Notes under the pieces: generated by a model
The model's database searches: none
What the model saw: the letters and a program-made list of their open reading frames with translations, nothing else
What the model was told of the DNA's origin: nothing
Translations under genes and position numbers: made by a program
Part shown: positions 49,259 through 58,605 of the stretch, one piece after another
How the letters are laid out: the number at the start of each line of letters is the position of its first letter
Numbering within the stretch: the first letter of the stretch is position 1
Source of the DNA: Nitrosopumilus sp.
GTDB lineage: Archaea > Thermoproteota > Nitrososphaeria > Nitrososphaerales > Nitrosopumilaceae
Assembly: GCA_963667665.2 (NCBI GenBank)
Contig: OY763927.2
Location: 704,001-768,000, forward strand
DNA: 64,000 nucleotides
Direction: 5' to 3'

Positions 49259-49918
49259 CTAATTATCCATTTTTGTAACTTGATAAAATTTGATATTTCC
49301 TTTTTGACTTACAACTTTCAACCAACCCAAATGCACAAAAATTTGAAATGCAGATCTTGAAGGTAATCTATTGTTACCGCATGCTTTTTGTTCAATGTTT
49401 TCAATCCATTTTCTAATAAATGGTTTATCTTTGTTAATTTTTGAAACTTTTAGGGTAGCTTTCCATATTTTAGATATTCGTGAATCTTTTGCTTCCAGTG
49501 ATCCTAAAATAATTTTGTATGGTTTTACATTAGGTTTTGTTTTAATGAGTACAATCCAATCATTAGGATCATCAATTTTTGTACAAAAATAATAAAATCC
49601 TCTGTTTGGATATCCTCTACTACTTGCATCTTTGAATTCTTGGCGTAAATTCTTAAGATCTTTTTCATCAGGTTGAATCATATTTGATTTTGCTTCAAAA
49701 GGTTCATTCTTGATAATTGTTTGAATCTCTTGTCCTTTCTCTGAAAAATTTAATGTGTAAAATGGTAAAGGGTTGTCTCTATACTCTTCAATGATTTTAT
49801 CTGCTCTTAATTCCTCATAAGCAGTTTGAGTATTTCTTTCAAAATTACTTGTAAATGTTTTGAATAATTCATCTTCATTTCTTATTCTATAATTTGTACC
49901 TCTCATTTTTCGATACAT
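49259..49918 (-). CDS. Hypothetical protein (possible C-terminal wHTH)
   Basis: 219 aa; ends FQIFVHLGWLK...KFYQV. Confidence 0.65.
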   Translation of the reverse strand: MYRKMRGTNYRIRNEDELFKTFTSNFERNTQTAYEELRADKIIEEYRDNPLPFYTLNFSEKGQEIQTIIKNEPFEAKSNMIQPDEKDLKNLRQEFKDASSRGYPNRGFYYFCTKIDDPNDWIVLIKTKPNVKPYKIILGSLEAKDSRISKIWKATLKVSKINKDKPFIRKWIENIEQKACGNNRLPSRSAFQIFVHLGWLKVVSQKGNIKFYQVTKMDN

Positions 49919-50084
49919 GAAAAATTTTACAATTTTTCTTTTTCATTCTTCAACTGTAAACAACAATTAAGCTTTATCGATCCATTATATATTAATTGCC
50001 ACCATTGGCAATTTAATAGAGTAAATATGAGCTCTAATCGCCAAATTTGGCAAATCTTATATTATCTTAATTCTATAGTTATGT

Positions 50085-50414
50085 ATGGAAATATTAGAAA
50101 AAGAAGAGGATGTACAACTTCCGCTAACTCGATTATTTCCAACTGCAAATGCAAAAGTTCTAGACTTTCTTTTGACAAATGAAGGATTGCAATACACAGA
50201 AGATGAAATTTCAGAACTAACTGTAATTCCATCAAGAACTCTACAAAGAAGTATTCAAAACCTCCTTTCAGAAAAAGTGATAAAACGTGAAAAAAAGACT
50301 GGACGTACTTATTACTATACTGCCAATCTTTCAGCACCACGAGTTAGTAGTTTGTTAAGTTACATCAACTCTACAATGATGACTAGTTTGGATGAAGCGA
50401 TACAAGGAAAATAA
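50085..50414 (+). CDS. Winged-HTH transcriptional regulator
   Basis: KVLDFLL...YTEDEISELTVIPSRTLQRSIQNL...GRTYYY. Confidence 0.85.
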   Translation: MEILEKEEDVQLPLTRLFPTANAKVLDFLLTNEGLQYTEDEISELTVIPSRTLQRSIQNLLSEKVIKREKKTGRTYYYTANLSAPRVSSLLSYINSTMMTSLDEAIQGK

Positions 50415-51257
50415 TCAATTCAGTTGATTTAGCTTCTTCTCTACTTCTTTGACTTTCTCAGTAATATTCTTTTTTTGTTCTGGGAAAGATGGTAATTGAA
50501 ATACATAATTTATGATATCATCATTTCTCACAGCAGGATAACTTGTACCTCTTTGAAGAGGATTAAGATAATGTTCAAATTGAACTGTTTGAACAAGATA
50601 AAAAATTAAACGATTAACAATTAAATTATTGCTTCTTAAAACACAGAATCCTGTAGATGCTAATTGGTTATCTAATTCTATAGGCACAATTCCAATATTA
50701 TGCAAATATGTTCTAACAGTTGAAAAAAGAATGTCGTTTACGTGAATCACTTGTCTTGCTCTTGATGGAGCATCCTTTCCAAGAAATTTTTTTGGACTAG
50801 TAATTTTTAATTCATTGTTATCAATTGAATCAATATCACAATACTGAAATTTTTGATCAGGATATTCTTTAGGATTAATTTTTAGTACTTTTTGTGTTAT
50901 ATTCTCTAGTTTACATTTTATCCATCCTCTAGGAAGATTATTTTTCTCAAAAACTAATTCCTTTTCAAAATCTCCACATATTTTCTTCAAAAGAATCTCA
51001 GAGGATTCGTCACTAGGATCTTGTGGAACTAACTTCCCTTCAAAAGCTTGTTTTAGTATAGATTGTTTAGATTTCTTTAACAAATTCTTTACAATTTCAA
51101 GTTTTTCTTTTCCTGCATCAATCTGTGCGAAGATTGATTCAAGCTTTGAGACAATTCTTTTTTGTTCGGGGGATGTGTTTAAGCTGTTTCTTTTTGAATA
51201 TACTTGATTTACTTGCATTTCACAAGAAAGAATTTCAGTCCACATTACCCTTTTCAT
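50415..51257 (-). pseudogene. hsdS: Truncated type I R-M specificity subunit (single TRD), N-terminally fused to a PIN fragment
   Basis: PEQKRIVSKLE, KQSILKQAFEGKLVPQDPSDE, LPRGW, APSRAR, DILFSTVR, STGF, GTSYPAV. Confidence 0.85.
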
Positions 51258-51363
51258 TTTCTTCTAAAATTGATATTATTGCTTCTTGTTCATTTATTCT
51301 AGATTGAACAGTATGATTTTAAAATGGTCTGTACCAACATGTAGTGTCAAAGTATAATGTCAT
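51170..51363 (-). pseudogene. Decayed PIN-domain gene (5' part)
   Basis: MTLYFDTTCWYRPF*NHTVQSRINEQEAIISILE, then a frameshift to MWTEILSCE; fits the xIYxDxCxxxRPFDD PIN subfamily. Confidence 0.6.
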
Positions 51364-51555
51364 AGCAGATCTAATACTTGACTATTAAAAAATCAATTGT
51401 GTTTTTTCAATAAATAGACTCAAGTTAGACTATCTTTGTATCGGATCATTATTGCTTTCACTCGCATAATTCTTTGTAATGAATATCTGTTATAGGGTCT
51501 CTATAACTTAGCAGAACCCATATCTATATCACCATGACCCAACAGAACCCTATTT

Positions 51556-53748
51556 TTAATCTTTGTCGATAAAGTCAGTTATACGAGGAGGATCTGGAGC
51601 TAATCCTTTTCTTTTTCTAATATCAGATATTGCTTCTTGGAACAATGATTTTGGAACTTCAGTCCATGCCTTAAATGATGTATTCCATGTTGCACGTCCT
51701 GCAGTTTGACCTCTCATTGCTTCAGATAAAGTAAATGTTTCAGAAGCTGGAATTTCACCAATGATGATACTTGATGCACCTTTTTGTGACATGTCAAGTA
51801 CTTTGCCACGTTTGCCAGAAAGAACAGTTGCAACATTTCCAACTAAATCAGTTGGAACTCTAACTTCAATAGCTAAAGTTGGCTCTAAAACAGTAGTACC
51901 TGCAGTTAATAATGCACCCATACATGCTCTACGAGAAGCTGGACCTAATTGAGAAAGACCTCTGTGGGCGGTATCTTCGTGTGGAACAAAGTGAGTGAAG
52001 ATAAACTTGCAACCCCTCATCTGTTCTCTACATAGAGGACCTTCTTTCATTACCTCATCAAATCCAGTGCTAATAGAATCAGTTGACTCTTGAACAAACT
52101 GGACACCTTTTGTTCCATTAATCAAAACATTTCCACGTGAATCAAGCATCATTATTCTTTTAATTGTGTCAGTATCCCATCCTGCCTCTTTTAGCTTGTC
52201 TGCAACAAACTTCTTGTCTTTCATGTCGCTAATTTCACCAGTTCGAAGCATGTTTGCAATCTCTGGCTCTAATGGCTCTACTTTCATGAAGATCTTGTTA
52301 TGTCGGTTAGGAGACTTTGACATGATTGGTTCACATGTACCTTTTACAGTCTCTCTGTAGTTAATCAATGGCTCAGAGGTAATAATCTCAATTTTCGCAT
52401 CTTGTATACGATGAACTGCAACATCAAGGTGTAGTACACCCATTCCTGCAATAATAGTTTCACCGCTTTCCTGATCAATTTTTACGATAAGATTAGGGTC
52501 TTCAATTGTTAGTTGTTTTAGAAATTCAACTAGTTTAGGTAAATCCTTAGGATGTTTTGGCTCAATTGCAATTTGAACTACAGGTTCTGAAACATACTTC
52601 ACTCCTTCAAACATTTGAATACCTTTAACAGAAGACAGTGTGTTTCCTGCTCTACAATCAGTTAATCCTAATAATGCTGGAATATTTCCTGCTCCAAGTT
52701 CTTCTACTTGTTCTCTTTGGTTTCCCATGAAAAAGTTTACAGATTGAACTCTTCCTTCTCTTTTCTCATCAATTATGTTAATGGTTTGTCCATCTTTAAT
52801 TGTACCAGAAAATAATCTACCAATTGCAACAGGTCCTGCTGCAGGATCTAATACCATATTTACAACCATCATAATTGTCGGACCATCATCACTGCAAGCA
52901 AGCAATGCTTTTCCAACATCTGAATCCAAATCACCTTTCCAAATTTGCGGGATTCTATACTTTACTGCAACATGTGGTGGTGGATGATGTTTTACAACCA
53001 TACCAAGTATGGCCTCAGCTAATGGGGCTTTTTCTACAAGGTCTTCAACTTTTTCGTTTTGATAAGCATCAATGACATCTTTGAATGTAAGTCCTTTCTC
53101 TTTCATCAAATCAATGTTAATTGCCCATCTGTCCTTTGCAGAACCAAAGGTGACACTTGCATCCTGAATTGATACTTTCCATTTTTCTTTGTATTCAGGT
53201 TCTGCATATGTGTCAATTAGTTGGTTAAAGTTTGAAACAACTTCTGCTAGTTGTTGCTGCATTTTCTCAGGAGTTAATCTGAGTTCTTTGATGAGTCTGT
53301 CGACTTTGTTGATAAATAAAACGGGTCTTACTAGTTCTTCAAGCGCCATTCTAGTTACAGTCTCAGTTTGAGTCATGATACCTTCTGCTGCATCACAGAC
53401 TACGACTGCTCCATCAATTGCCCTAAGGCTACGAATTACCCTTCCACTAAAGTCTACGTGTCCAGGTGTATCAATCATGTTAATGACGTATTCTTTGTCT
53501 TTTTGAGTAAAGTGTAAAGTAACATTTGCCTGATAAATTGTAATTCCTCGTGCTTGCTCTTCTTTGTCAAAGTCCATTGCCAAAGCCTTACCTGCAGCAG
53601 ATGGAGCAATAATACCAGAATATGCCAAGAGACTATCACTCATGGTAGTCTTTCCATGGTCAACGTGAGCAATTACACCAAAGTTACGGATTTGATCCTT
53701 GTTCTTGATGATTTTTAGAACTTCACCTGTTGACTTGTATTTTACCAT
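51556..53748 (-). CDS. fusA: Elongation factor aEF-2
   Basis: AHVDHGKTT, RGITI, DTPGHVDF, NKVD, HEDTAHRG diphthamide loop. Confidence 0.98.
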   Translation of the reverse strand: MVKYKSTGEVLKIIKNKDQIRNFGVIAHVDHGKTTMSDSLLAYSGIIAPSAAGKALAMDFDKEEQARGITIYQANVTLHFTQKDKEYVINMIDTPGHVDFSGRVIRSLRAIDGAVVVCDAAEGIMTQTETVTRMALEELVRPVLFINKVDRLIKELRLTPEKMQQQLAEVVSNFNQLIDTYAEPEYKEKWKVSIQDASVTFGSAKDRWAINIDLMKEKGLTFKDVIDAYQNEKVEDLVEKAPLAEAILGMVVKHHPPPHVAVKYRIPQIWKGDLDSDVGKALLACSDDGPTIMMVVNMVLDPAAGPVAIGRLFSGTIKDGQTINIIDEKREGRVQSVNFFMGNQREQVEELGAGNIPALLGLTDCRAGNTLSSVKGIQMFEGVKYVSEPVVQIAIEPKHPKDLPKLVEFLKQLTIEDPNLIVKIDQESGETIIAGMGVLHLDVAVHRIQDAKIEIITSEPLINYRETVKGTCEPIMSKSPNRHNKIFMKVEPLEPEIANMLRTGEISDMKDKKFVADKLKEAGWDTDTIKRIMMLDSRGNVLINGTKGVQFVQESTDSISTGFDEVMKEGPLCREQMRGCKFIFTHFVPHEDTAHRGLSQLGPASRRACMGALLTAGTTVLEPTLAIEVRVPTDLVGNVATVLSGKRGKVLDMSQKGASSIIIGEIPASETFTLSEAMRGQTAGRATWNTSFKAWTEVPKSLFQEAISDIRKRKGLAPDPPRITDFIDKD

Positions 53749-53796
53749 ATTCGCAAGCCCTGATAATCAGCTATTAAATCTTAGCCTTACAAAAGA

Positions 53797-54702
53797 TCAA
53801 TAGATCATTTGATTGCTTACATTTCGAATTTTTTTTGCAGTTACAAAATGACAATCTTTTTTTCTTTTCTTTTTTGCTTCAAAAAGTGGAACTAGTTGAG
53901 AAAAGAATGTACAATATATCATCTGAGATATCTTCTGAGATGGCATATTTGGATGGATCACATTGATACCAACTTTCTTGAGATTCCGTCCAAGTTGTTT
54001 GTTGTAAAGATTTTTTTCCTCAAAAATTATCACAGTATCCCCTTTGTGAACTGAAAACAACTCCATGTGAGAAAACTGTTCTATTCTAGAATAATGCGCA
54101 TCATATCCTAAAATTTCATAAAACTTTGCAGCACAGTACATTGCTAAAGGGAATGTAAAGAAATTTCCAAGAATAAAGATTCTCTTTGATATTTTGGCTT
54201 TTTTTGCATCAGTTTTTGCTTTTAAAAATAGTTTAGAGCCTCGTGGAATTATTATCTTATCCACCAAAGAAATGCACGTTAATGCACTTTCTAAAAAGGA
54301 GATACTTCCTGCAGTAAAGACACCATTATTTGGAGCAGAAAGTAGAATAATTTCATCAGATGCCTTTGCCAGCCTACTTGTAGGCTGAGATGTTATGGCA
54401 ATAGATCTTTTTGCAATATTTGCAACCTTGATGTTTGTAATGGTATTTCCAGATATTGAAACAAAGTAGACATGTTTTGATTTGACTAATTTTTTGTTAT
54501 TGTATAGATCTAATGGATCCATTGCCTTTACCATTCCATATGAAAAAGACTCAGCTAGCATTGAAGATGCTAAAGAATCCCCACTTCCAGAAAAGAGTGT
54601 ATTTTTTTGTTGATTAGATGATAATGGTTTTTGTTTTCTAAATGATTTTAAAAAATCCAATTGAAGAACTATGTCTTTTTCAAATGCATCAATCGTATTC
54701 AT
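53797..54702 (-). CDS. SIS-domain sugar isomerase
   Basis: GSGDS, VSISGNT, EQFSH. Confidence 0.85.
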   Translation of the reverse strand: MNTIDAFEKDIVLQLDFLKSFRKQKPLSSNQQKNTLFSGSGDSLASSMLAESFSYGMVKAMDPLDLYNNKKLVKSKHVYFVSISGNTITNIKVANIAKRSIAITSQPTSRLAKASDEIILLSAPNNGVFTAGSISFLESALTCISLVDKIIIPRGSKLFLKAKTDAKKAKISKRIFILGNFFTFPLAMYCAAKFYEILGYDAHYSRIEQFSHMELFSVHKGDTVIIFEEKNLYNKQLGRNLKKVGINVIHPNMPSQKISQMIYCTFFSQLVPLFEAKKKRKKDCHFVTAKKIRNVSNQMIY

Positions 54703-54785
54703 GACATCAAATGATTATGGGGATATATTAGAAAAACGATTAAAGACAGGTTTTGGTTTTTATTACGACTATTTAGCAAACAGTC

Positions 54786-55613
54786 ATGGAAATTTCTGTA
54801 GGGCATACTCCTGATTCAGATGACGCATTCATGTTTTATGGAATGTTTACGGGAAAAGTGCCATCCCCAGACTTTAAGGTAAATCATGTAATTGAAGATA
54901 TTGAAAAACTAAATCGTAAAGCAACTAATCCAGAGCTTGACGTTACAGCAGTTTCAGTTCATGCATGTGCATACATTCCAGGATATACAATTTTGAGAAG
55001 TGGAGGAAGTTTTGGAATCGGTTATGGTCCAATAGTTACTGCAAAAAAACAGATGTCAATTGATGAGATAAAAAAATGTAAAATTGCAATTCCAGGAAAG
55101 ATGACATCAGCATTTTTGTTATTACAATTAATGATTGGTAAATTTGATTATGTGGAGATGAATTTCAGCGATATTCCAGAAGCTATCAAAAGTGGAAAAA
55201 TAGATGTAGGACTTGTAATTCATGAGACCCAATTATCATATGAGCAAGAAGGAAACATCAAGATTTTAGATGTTGGTGAATGGTGGGACAAGACAACAAA
55301 TGGATTGCCAGTTCCACTCGGAATCAACGTAATGAAAACAGAATTAGGCATGGAGACAATCTGTAAATTCGACAAACATCTTCAAGCATCAATAGAGTTT
55401 GGATTAGAGAATCTAGAGGATGCATTAGAATATGCAATGCAGTATTCCAGAGGAAAACCACGTGATTTAATTGAAAAATTTGTAAAAATGTATGTGAACA
55501 AGGTTACTGTCAATATGGGAGATTCTGGTGAGGAATCAATTAGAAAATTATTCGAAATGGCAAAAGAGAAGAATTTAGTTCCAGACTTTGAGTTAAGTAT
55601 TGCCACCAAGTAA
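54786..55613 (+). CDS. mqnD: 1,4-dihydroxy-6-naphthoate synthase (MqnA/MqnD family)
   Basis: GHTPDSDDAFMFY, GYGP, IAIPGKMTSA, IHE, LPVPLG, MYVN. Confidence 0.88.
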   Translation: MEISVGHTPDSDDAFMFYGMFTGKVPSPDFKVNHVIEDIEKLNRKATNPELDVTAVSVHACAYIPGYTILRSGGSFGIGYGPIVTAKKQMSIDEIKKCKIAIPGKMTSAFLLLQLMIGKFDYVEMNFSDIPEAIKSGKIDVGLVIHETQLSYEQEGNIKILDVGEWWDKTTNGLPVPLGINVMKTELGMETICKFDKHLQASIEFGLENLEDALEYAMQYSRGKPRDLIEKFVKMYVNKVTVNMGDSGEESIRKLFEMAKEKNLVPDFELSIATK

Positions 55614-55640
55614 TTATAGAACAAAAAAAATTTAGAAACA

Positions 55641-55931
55641 ATGGGAGACGGAATTGGTGGTGCAGTAATTGGAATTTTAACCAATAATGCATTTGAGTTA
55701 TTGGTAAGTCACACAAGAAAAGACAATCAAGATGATTATGGAAAAACTGAGAAAATAATCATTGGAAAGATAGATGATCCTAATGATCCACAATATGAAG
55801 AAAAAACAAAAGAAGATTTAGAACGTGCACTAAAAGGAAAATTTGTATCATGTAATGTTCAATACAGAGATTCAAAAACGGATGCGCTTGTTTGTAATGT
55901 ATTTGTTCAAAGACCTCCAGAGGGGTTCTAG
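55641..55931 (+). CDS. Hypothetical protein
   Basis: 96-aa ORF. Confidence 0.65.
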   Translation: MGDGIGGAVIGILTNNAFELLVSHTRKDNQDDYGKTEKIIIGKIDDPNDPQYEEKTKEDLERALKGKFVSCNVQYRDSKTDALVCNVFVQRPPEGF

Positions 55932-56029
55932 AATCTGAAATCTCAGATATTTTATTAAATTACATACAAACTAGAGATTCCAAATAAAAAATGTCCTTAG
56001 TTCTTATAATGGGGAAACTGCTTAAAATT

Positions 56030-56173
56030 ATGTCAGAAGACCGAAAAATGTATCCAATCAAATGTTCTGATTGTGGAACAGACTCAGAGGTACCTTTTGA
56101 GCCAGCAGCAGACAGACCAGTTTATTGTAAAGAATGTCTATCAAAACATCGATCTGGTGGACCAAAAGAATAA
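56030..56173 (+). CDS. CxxC-x17-CxxC domain protein
   Basis: CSDCG...VPFEP...RPVYCKEC. Confidence 0.9.
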   Translation: MSEDRKMYPIKCSDCGTDSEVPFEPAADRPVYCKECLSKHRSGGPKE

Positions 56174-56298
56174 GCTAAATTTGTTTAGAGTTATTTAATC
56201 TAAATAGTTTATCTCTTTTTTTAATATTTCCAAAAAATAATTCAAAATTTTGTCAGTAATTAAAAAATTTAGAAATACAAGAAAACTATAGAAAAGAC

Positions 56299-56637
56299 AT
56301 GGGTGTTGAACTGAAAAAAACTATTTCAATAAATATAAAAAAATTGGACATGTTTCCAAATCACTTTTTTGGAATTGCTGAGATAAACAAACAAGACTAT
56401 AAAATCAACATTCAAGGCCAGAGTGTTTTGAGACAGAAATTAATCAAACTGCCAATAAAATTCAAAGATGAAAAGGCACTATTACGCTTATCAGGCATTA
56501 ATGGTACTTTGTTTGAAGATATTGTAAACTACAAAGGAGAATCAGAATGGATTGAAATTGATTCGGATGGAATATTGTATTATTTAGCAAATCACCAAGA
56601 TCAAATTAACACCATAGATATTCTCAGTAGATTCTAA
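56299..56637 (+). CDS. Hypothetical protein
   Basis: 112-aa ORF. Confidence 0.6.
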   Translation: MGVELKKTISINIKKLDMFPNHFFGIAEINKQDYKINIQGQSVLRQKLIKLPIKFKDEKALLRLSGINGTLFEDIVNYKGESEWIEIDSDGILYYLANHQDQINTIDILSRF

Positions 56638-56669
56638 ATTCTTGTGTTTGTAAAATAATTATATCAAGA

Positions 56670-57584
56670 TTATGGGTTTAATGATTGTGCGGCCTTCAAG
56701 CCTTTGTATCTATTTCTTATGGTAACTTCTGTAACACCTGCAGCTTCTGCAAGGTCTCGTTGAGTGATAGATACTCCGTTTTGAACACAAGAGAGGTATA
56801 ATGCAGTTGCTGCAAGTCCCATCGGATCTTTTCCAGCTGATTCTTTACGTTCTTGTGCTTCTTTGAGTACTTGGATTGCATATCGTTTTGTTTTTTCTGA
56901 GATCTCTAGTTTGCTTGAAATTCGTGCAATACATTGAATTGAATCAACAACAGGCATCTTTAGTTCTAATTCATGATGCAGTAATCTATAACATCTCGCA
57001 ATGTCTTTTCGTTTAACATTAGCTGCATCAGCAACATCTTTTAGTGTTCTAGGAGTTTCAGTATCTCTACAGGCAGCATAAAGTGATGCAGCAATCATTG
57101 CAGAAATAGATCTTCCACGAACAAGTTTTTTCTCCAATGCTTTTCTATACAGATAAGCAGCTTTTTCAAGAACATTTGCAGAAATGTTAACCTTGTCTTT
57201 TAGCTTGTTTAATTCACTAAGTGCCTGTCTCAAATTTCTATCAACAGGTTGATGAACTTGACTTCTACTATCCCAAGTTCGGAGTCTTTCAATTGTACTT
57301 TTCATAGATGCTGTAAGTGGTTTTCCAGTTGCATCTCTATTTTGAGGATTGATAACAGTAGATAATCCCATATCGTGTATTGTAAGTGATGATGGGGCAC
57401 CAGTTCTTGCTGGATCGGAGCCACCATCTTTTTGAAATGATCTCCATTCAGGGCCAGATGATTCTACTTTTTCAGAAATCACAAAACCACACTTTTCACA
57501 AAATTGTTCCCCTGTATCTTCATCAGTCAATAAAGAATTTTTTCCACAGCGTTGACAGCTAGAACTTGATTTGAAAGTTACCAT
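56670..57584 (-). CDS. tfb: Transcription initiation factor IIB
   Basis: Zn ribbon CQRC..CEKC, GPEWRSF, RGRS, GKDPMG, GVTEVTIRNRY. Confidence 0.97.
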   Translation of the reverse strand: MVTFKSSSSCQRCGKNSLLTDEDTGEQFCEKCGFVISEKVESSGPEWRSFQKDGGSDPARTGAPSSLTIHDMGLSTVINPQNRDATGKPLTASMKSTIERLRTWDSRSQVHQPVDRNLRQALSELNKLKDKVNISANVLEKAAYLYRKALEKKLVRGRSISAMIAASLYAACRDTETPRTLKDVADAANVKRKDIARCYRLLHHELELKMPVVDSIQCIARISSKLEISEKTKRYAIQVLKEAQERKESAGKDPMGLAATALYLSCVQNGVSITQRDLAEAAGVTEVTIRNRYKGLKAAQSLNP

Positions 57585-57593
57585 CCAAATACC

Positions 57594-57878
57594 CTATCCT
57601 GTGGTCCTTTTTAATGTAATTTCAATTGTTGATACGTCTCTGTTTCGTCCATCAGTCGATACAAGAGATTCTGAATTTATTTCAATATTTCCGACCATAA
57701 ATGCAGGATTAGTTTTACGTAATACTATTTGTACTACATCTACTGCAGGTCCAATACTAAACCCTCTGGCTTTAATTATGATTTTAGGCAGTGTTGCTAA
57801 TTGAATTATTGCAGCAGTGACATAAGTCATCAAAGGTTTTTTTCCAATGAATATTGTGTCTCTAATTTCGTTTGACAT
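57594..57878 (-). CDS. albA: DNA/RNA-binding protein Alba
   Basis: IFIGKKPLMTYV, KARG, AVDV, VSTIEI. Confidence 0.95.
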   Translation of the reverse strand: MSNEIRDTIFIGKKPLMTYVTAAIIQLATLPKIIIKARGFSIGPAVDVVQIVLRKTNPAFMVGNIEINSESLVSTDGRNRDVSTIEITLKRTTG

Positions 57879-57983
57879 GCAAAATTAACTCTTATCGCTA
57901 ATTTAAACCGAGTATTATGCTCAGATTTACTCACAAGAAACAAGAAAATAGATAATATGTGATGAAATTCAAATAGTGTAAGA

Positions 57984-58262
57984 ATGGTTCTTGTTAACAA
58001 AAAAATGCTGATAGGGGGTCTTGCAATGGTAATTGTAGGAATAATACTTACAGTAAATATCAATGCCACAATGCCAGTAGGTCAAACAGGAATGAGTGAA
58101 GAAGAGATAATTGATTTGTTGATAGCACAACAAGAGACCAAAGATTACAACACACTATCTGGAATACTAATTGGAATTGGATTCTTACTAGTGTTGATTA
58201 GTTTTGGTGCTAGAAGAAAAAAGGGTAATGTAAAAAAAGAAGAGAAAAAGCCAGTAGAATAA
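57984..58262 (+). CDS. 2-TM membrane protein
   Basis: Two hydrophobic helices and a basic tail. Confidence 0.7.
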   Translation: MVLVNKKMLIGGLAMVIVGIILTVNINATMPVGQTGMSEEEIIDLLIAQQETKDYNTLSGILIGIGFLLVLISFGARRKKGNVKKEEKKPVE

Positions 58263-58290
58263 TTCAAACCTTTTAATCTCAAATTATTAA

Positions 58291-58605
58291 TTGATACCAT
58301 TGATTCAAGCTGAAATTAGCATATATCCAATAGCAACAAGAACCACTAGCGCCAGTTTTTACATTGCAAAGGCAATAGAGTCAATTCAGAACACAGAAAA
58401 TTTAAGATATGAAATCAATTCAATGGGAACGGTTTTGGAATCAGATAGTATTGACATTATTTACAAGGCATCAAAGACTATGATGGAGACAGTTCACAAT
58501 CTAGGAATTGACAGAGTGGAAGTTATAATCAAAATTGATTCAAGACGAGATAAACAAGTAAAAATGGAAGAAAAGATAGATTCAATTAAAAAACAATTGA
58601 GTTAG
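58291..58605 (+). CDS. MTH1187-family thiamine-binding protein
   Basis: AEISIYPI, MGTVLE, RV...IKID.RRDK. Confidence 0.88.
   Translation: MIPLIQAEISIYPIATRTTSASFYIAKAIESIQNTENLRYEINSMGTVLESDSIDIIYKASKTMMETVHNLGIDRVEVIIKIDSRRDKQVKMEEKIDSIKKQLS

Larger units (their letters stand above)
47346..51550. mobile_element. Transposase-less TIR-bounded cassette inserted at the fusA stop codon
   Basis: Imperfect TIRs of about 45 bp (AGGTTCTGTAAAGTTATAGTGATATGG.. / GGGTTCTGTTGGGTCATGGTGATATAG..); 8-bp DR TATTTTTA at 47338-47345 and 51551-51558. Confidence 0.72.

Noticed and set aside
47346-51550. Calling the fusA-linked element a casposon
   Set aside because: No Cas1 or PolB gene is present and the duplication is only 8-9 bp, shorter than I recall for casposons. 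It is kept only as an alternative.
51955-51985. Variant aEF-2 diphthamide loop
   Set aside because: HEDTAHRG keeps the modifiable His, so it is unremarkable.
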